Below, piece after piece: positions 62,563 through 64,000 of a stretch of DNA of 64,000 nt (its first letter is position 1; each line of letters begins with the position of its first letter). Source of the stretch: Ascidiella aspersa (taxonomy: Eukaryota); contig OZ004607.1 in the NCBI GenBank assembly GCA_963924565.1, forward strand, positions 30,256,001-30,320,000, read 5' to 3'. The notes beneath the pieces were generated by a model. It made no database searches. It had not been told where the DNA came from and saw only the letters and a list, made by a program, of their open reading frames with translations. A program made the translations under genes and the position numbers.

Positions 62563-64000
62563 ATAACAAAGCTGAAAAGCCAAAGAAAATACAACTCAAA
62601 CCTCGGCAGGTTTGATCTTGAAATTTATTTCAAATTACAGACACAACACAAATTAAAATTTGGGACTTTTCAGGCAAATTATGTTTTGCAGTGACGCGCT
62701 TTCAAGCGTAAACGGGATCGAACAGTTTCTTCGAAACCATTTTGGAAAGGTTTTCCCCCGATTACGATCCGAATTGCTTTGCAAGCGCTTGAAGGCAAAG
62801 TGCACTTGAAACGCCTACTTCGCTTTTAGATCACACAATAAACACTCAAAATGCCTTGCTGAAATGTAGGTTTAATCTCGTAATTGCTCCTGCTCTAATT
62901 TGAGCTCATCTCAGAGCCACGCGTAAGCCTTAGTGTAATCCAAACCGAATTTTTCAGTGCGGTTTCGGCCTCTACACTCTGTCGTGTTTTTCCGCCGCGC
63001 CGAACAACGCCCAAGACACGAGACGGTGGCAATTTGGCGTTTTTGGCGGTTGCGCCCGACACAGTTGCACGGGACAGTTGAGTGCTTTGTTTTCGTTGGC
63101 GCGTTCCCAGACAATTTTGCCTCTTAAGGCTTCGGGCCAAAATTCGCGAAAGTGGCCGGACCTAGATTTAGGCCAGGGCCGTGTGAGCTTCAGGCTGTTT
63201 TAAGTGTGGAATGCTTCAAAAGTGATTCCACTGTCCTAATGTTTTTTGCGATTCTTAAGTGCTCTACGTGGTCGCTACAAAGGAAGCTGCAAAGGAAGCT
63301 ATTCACAGATGATGACTTTCTTTAATAGACAGAAAGGCAGTAAAAAAATCGGACGAAATGGCAAATACGCATTAAAAAAAGTAATGGAAGAATAGGGAAA
63401 AAAAAGTTTGACAAACAGATATGTTAATGCCACAAATTCAAGCGGATAAACGACTAGAGGCCGTGATTTTAACTACTTGGTAAAATGCAGACTCTCAGCA
63501 CTAACCCTGGACCAGAACTTGGTATTATCGTCTTTAAATCCCGCCCACCGGTAACCAAACAATTAAGCTGCCGACCCAAAATTACAGGTTAGAGCGCCGC
63601 TTTACAGAATTTCCCGCCACAGTCAATCGAAGAGCGGCCAAACCGCAAACTCGACAACCCTATTTTGCTCGACCGGGGCGCGTCAGCGACAGCTATGACC
63701 CTAAGACGACACCGAAGGGACTGGTTATAAACAAAATAGAGCCGGGCTGGGTATTGGGCTAATTTCCACTGCGGCGTTACTTTTTCAAGTTGACGTTTTT
63801 GAACCATTGATTATTCTGTTTATTTTTCACAGTCTTCAGGTCAAGGGCAGCTCACCTGAGAGAAATCAAGGGCCTTGCAGATATTTTTAAATGGACGTTC
63901 GACCGCCCGTGACCGTCCGCCATATTGGATTAGCGTGCGGTTTTACAAAATGGCCGAGAAATAAATGACCACAAGGTAGAGCAGACATTTTGCGCCATTG

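Noticed and set aside
62895-63140. Basic 81-aa minus-strand ORF as an extra ASH1L exon
   Set aside because: No ASH1L-like motif and no convincing phase-compatible splice sites
1-64000. CRISPR arrays, prokaryotic operons or defence systems, rRNA, tRNA
   Set aside because: The sequence is spliced eukaryotic DNA; no repeat-spacer array, cloverleaf or rRNA motifs were seen by eye

Overview
Eukaryotic, intron-rich invertebrate genomic DNA. It is most likely an ascidian/tunicate (inference from compact genes, ~65-70 nt minimal introns, AT-rich introns with GC-rich exons and an operon-like gene pair); no prokaryotic features are present. I assembled the gene models by hand from GT-AG sites and reading-frame phase. 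Family assignments come from recalled motifs, not database searches. The window holds: (1) the 3' part of a ZNF839 (DUF4764) homologue on +, whose 13.5-kb intron contains (2) a complete antisense 8-exon fibulin-like gene; (3) an intronless DYNLT1/Tctex-1 CDS, followed 329 bp later by (4) a 20-exon, ~1089-aa uncharacterised protein (2x cadherin-like beta-sandwich, U-box/RING-like, degenerate TRAF-type finger, TPRs, RG-rich linker) in an operon-like arrangement behind an X-box-like motif; (5) an intronless, frameshifted, divergent Rab34/36 copy on -; (6) the Bromo-PHD-BAH 3' half of ASH1L on -. Introns and intergenic DNA carry hAT- and Tc1/mariner-type MITEs, a four-copy ~100-bp dispersed repeat and a ~143-bp tandem dimer. 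The most promising candidate system is the putative RFX-regulated, polycistronic DYNLT1 + cadherin-like/U-box/TPR unit, next to a Rab34/36 copy.
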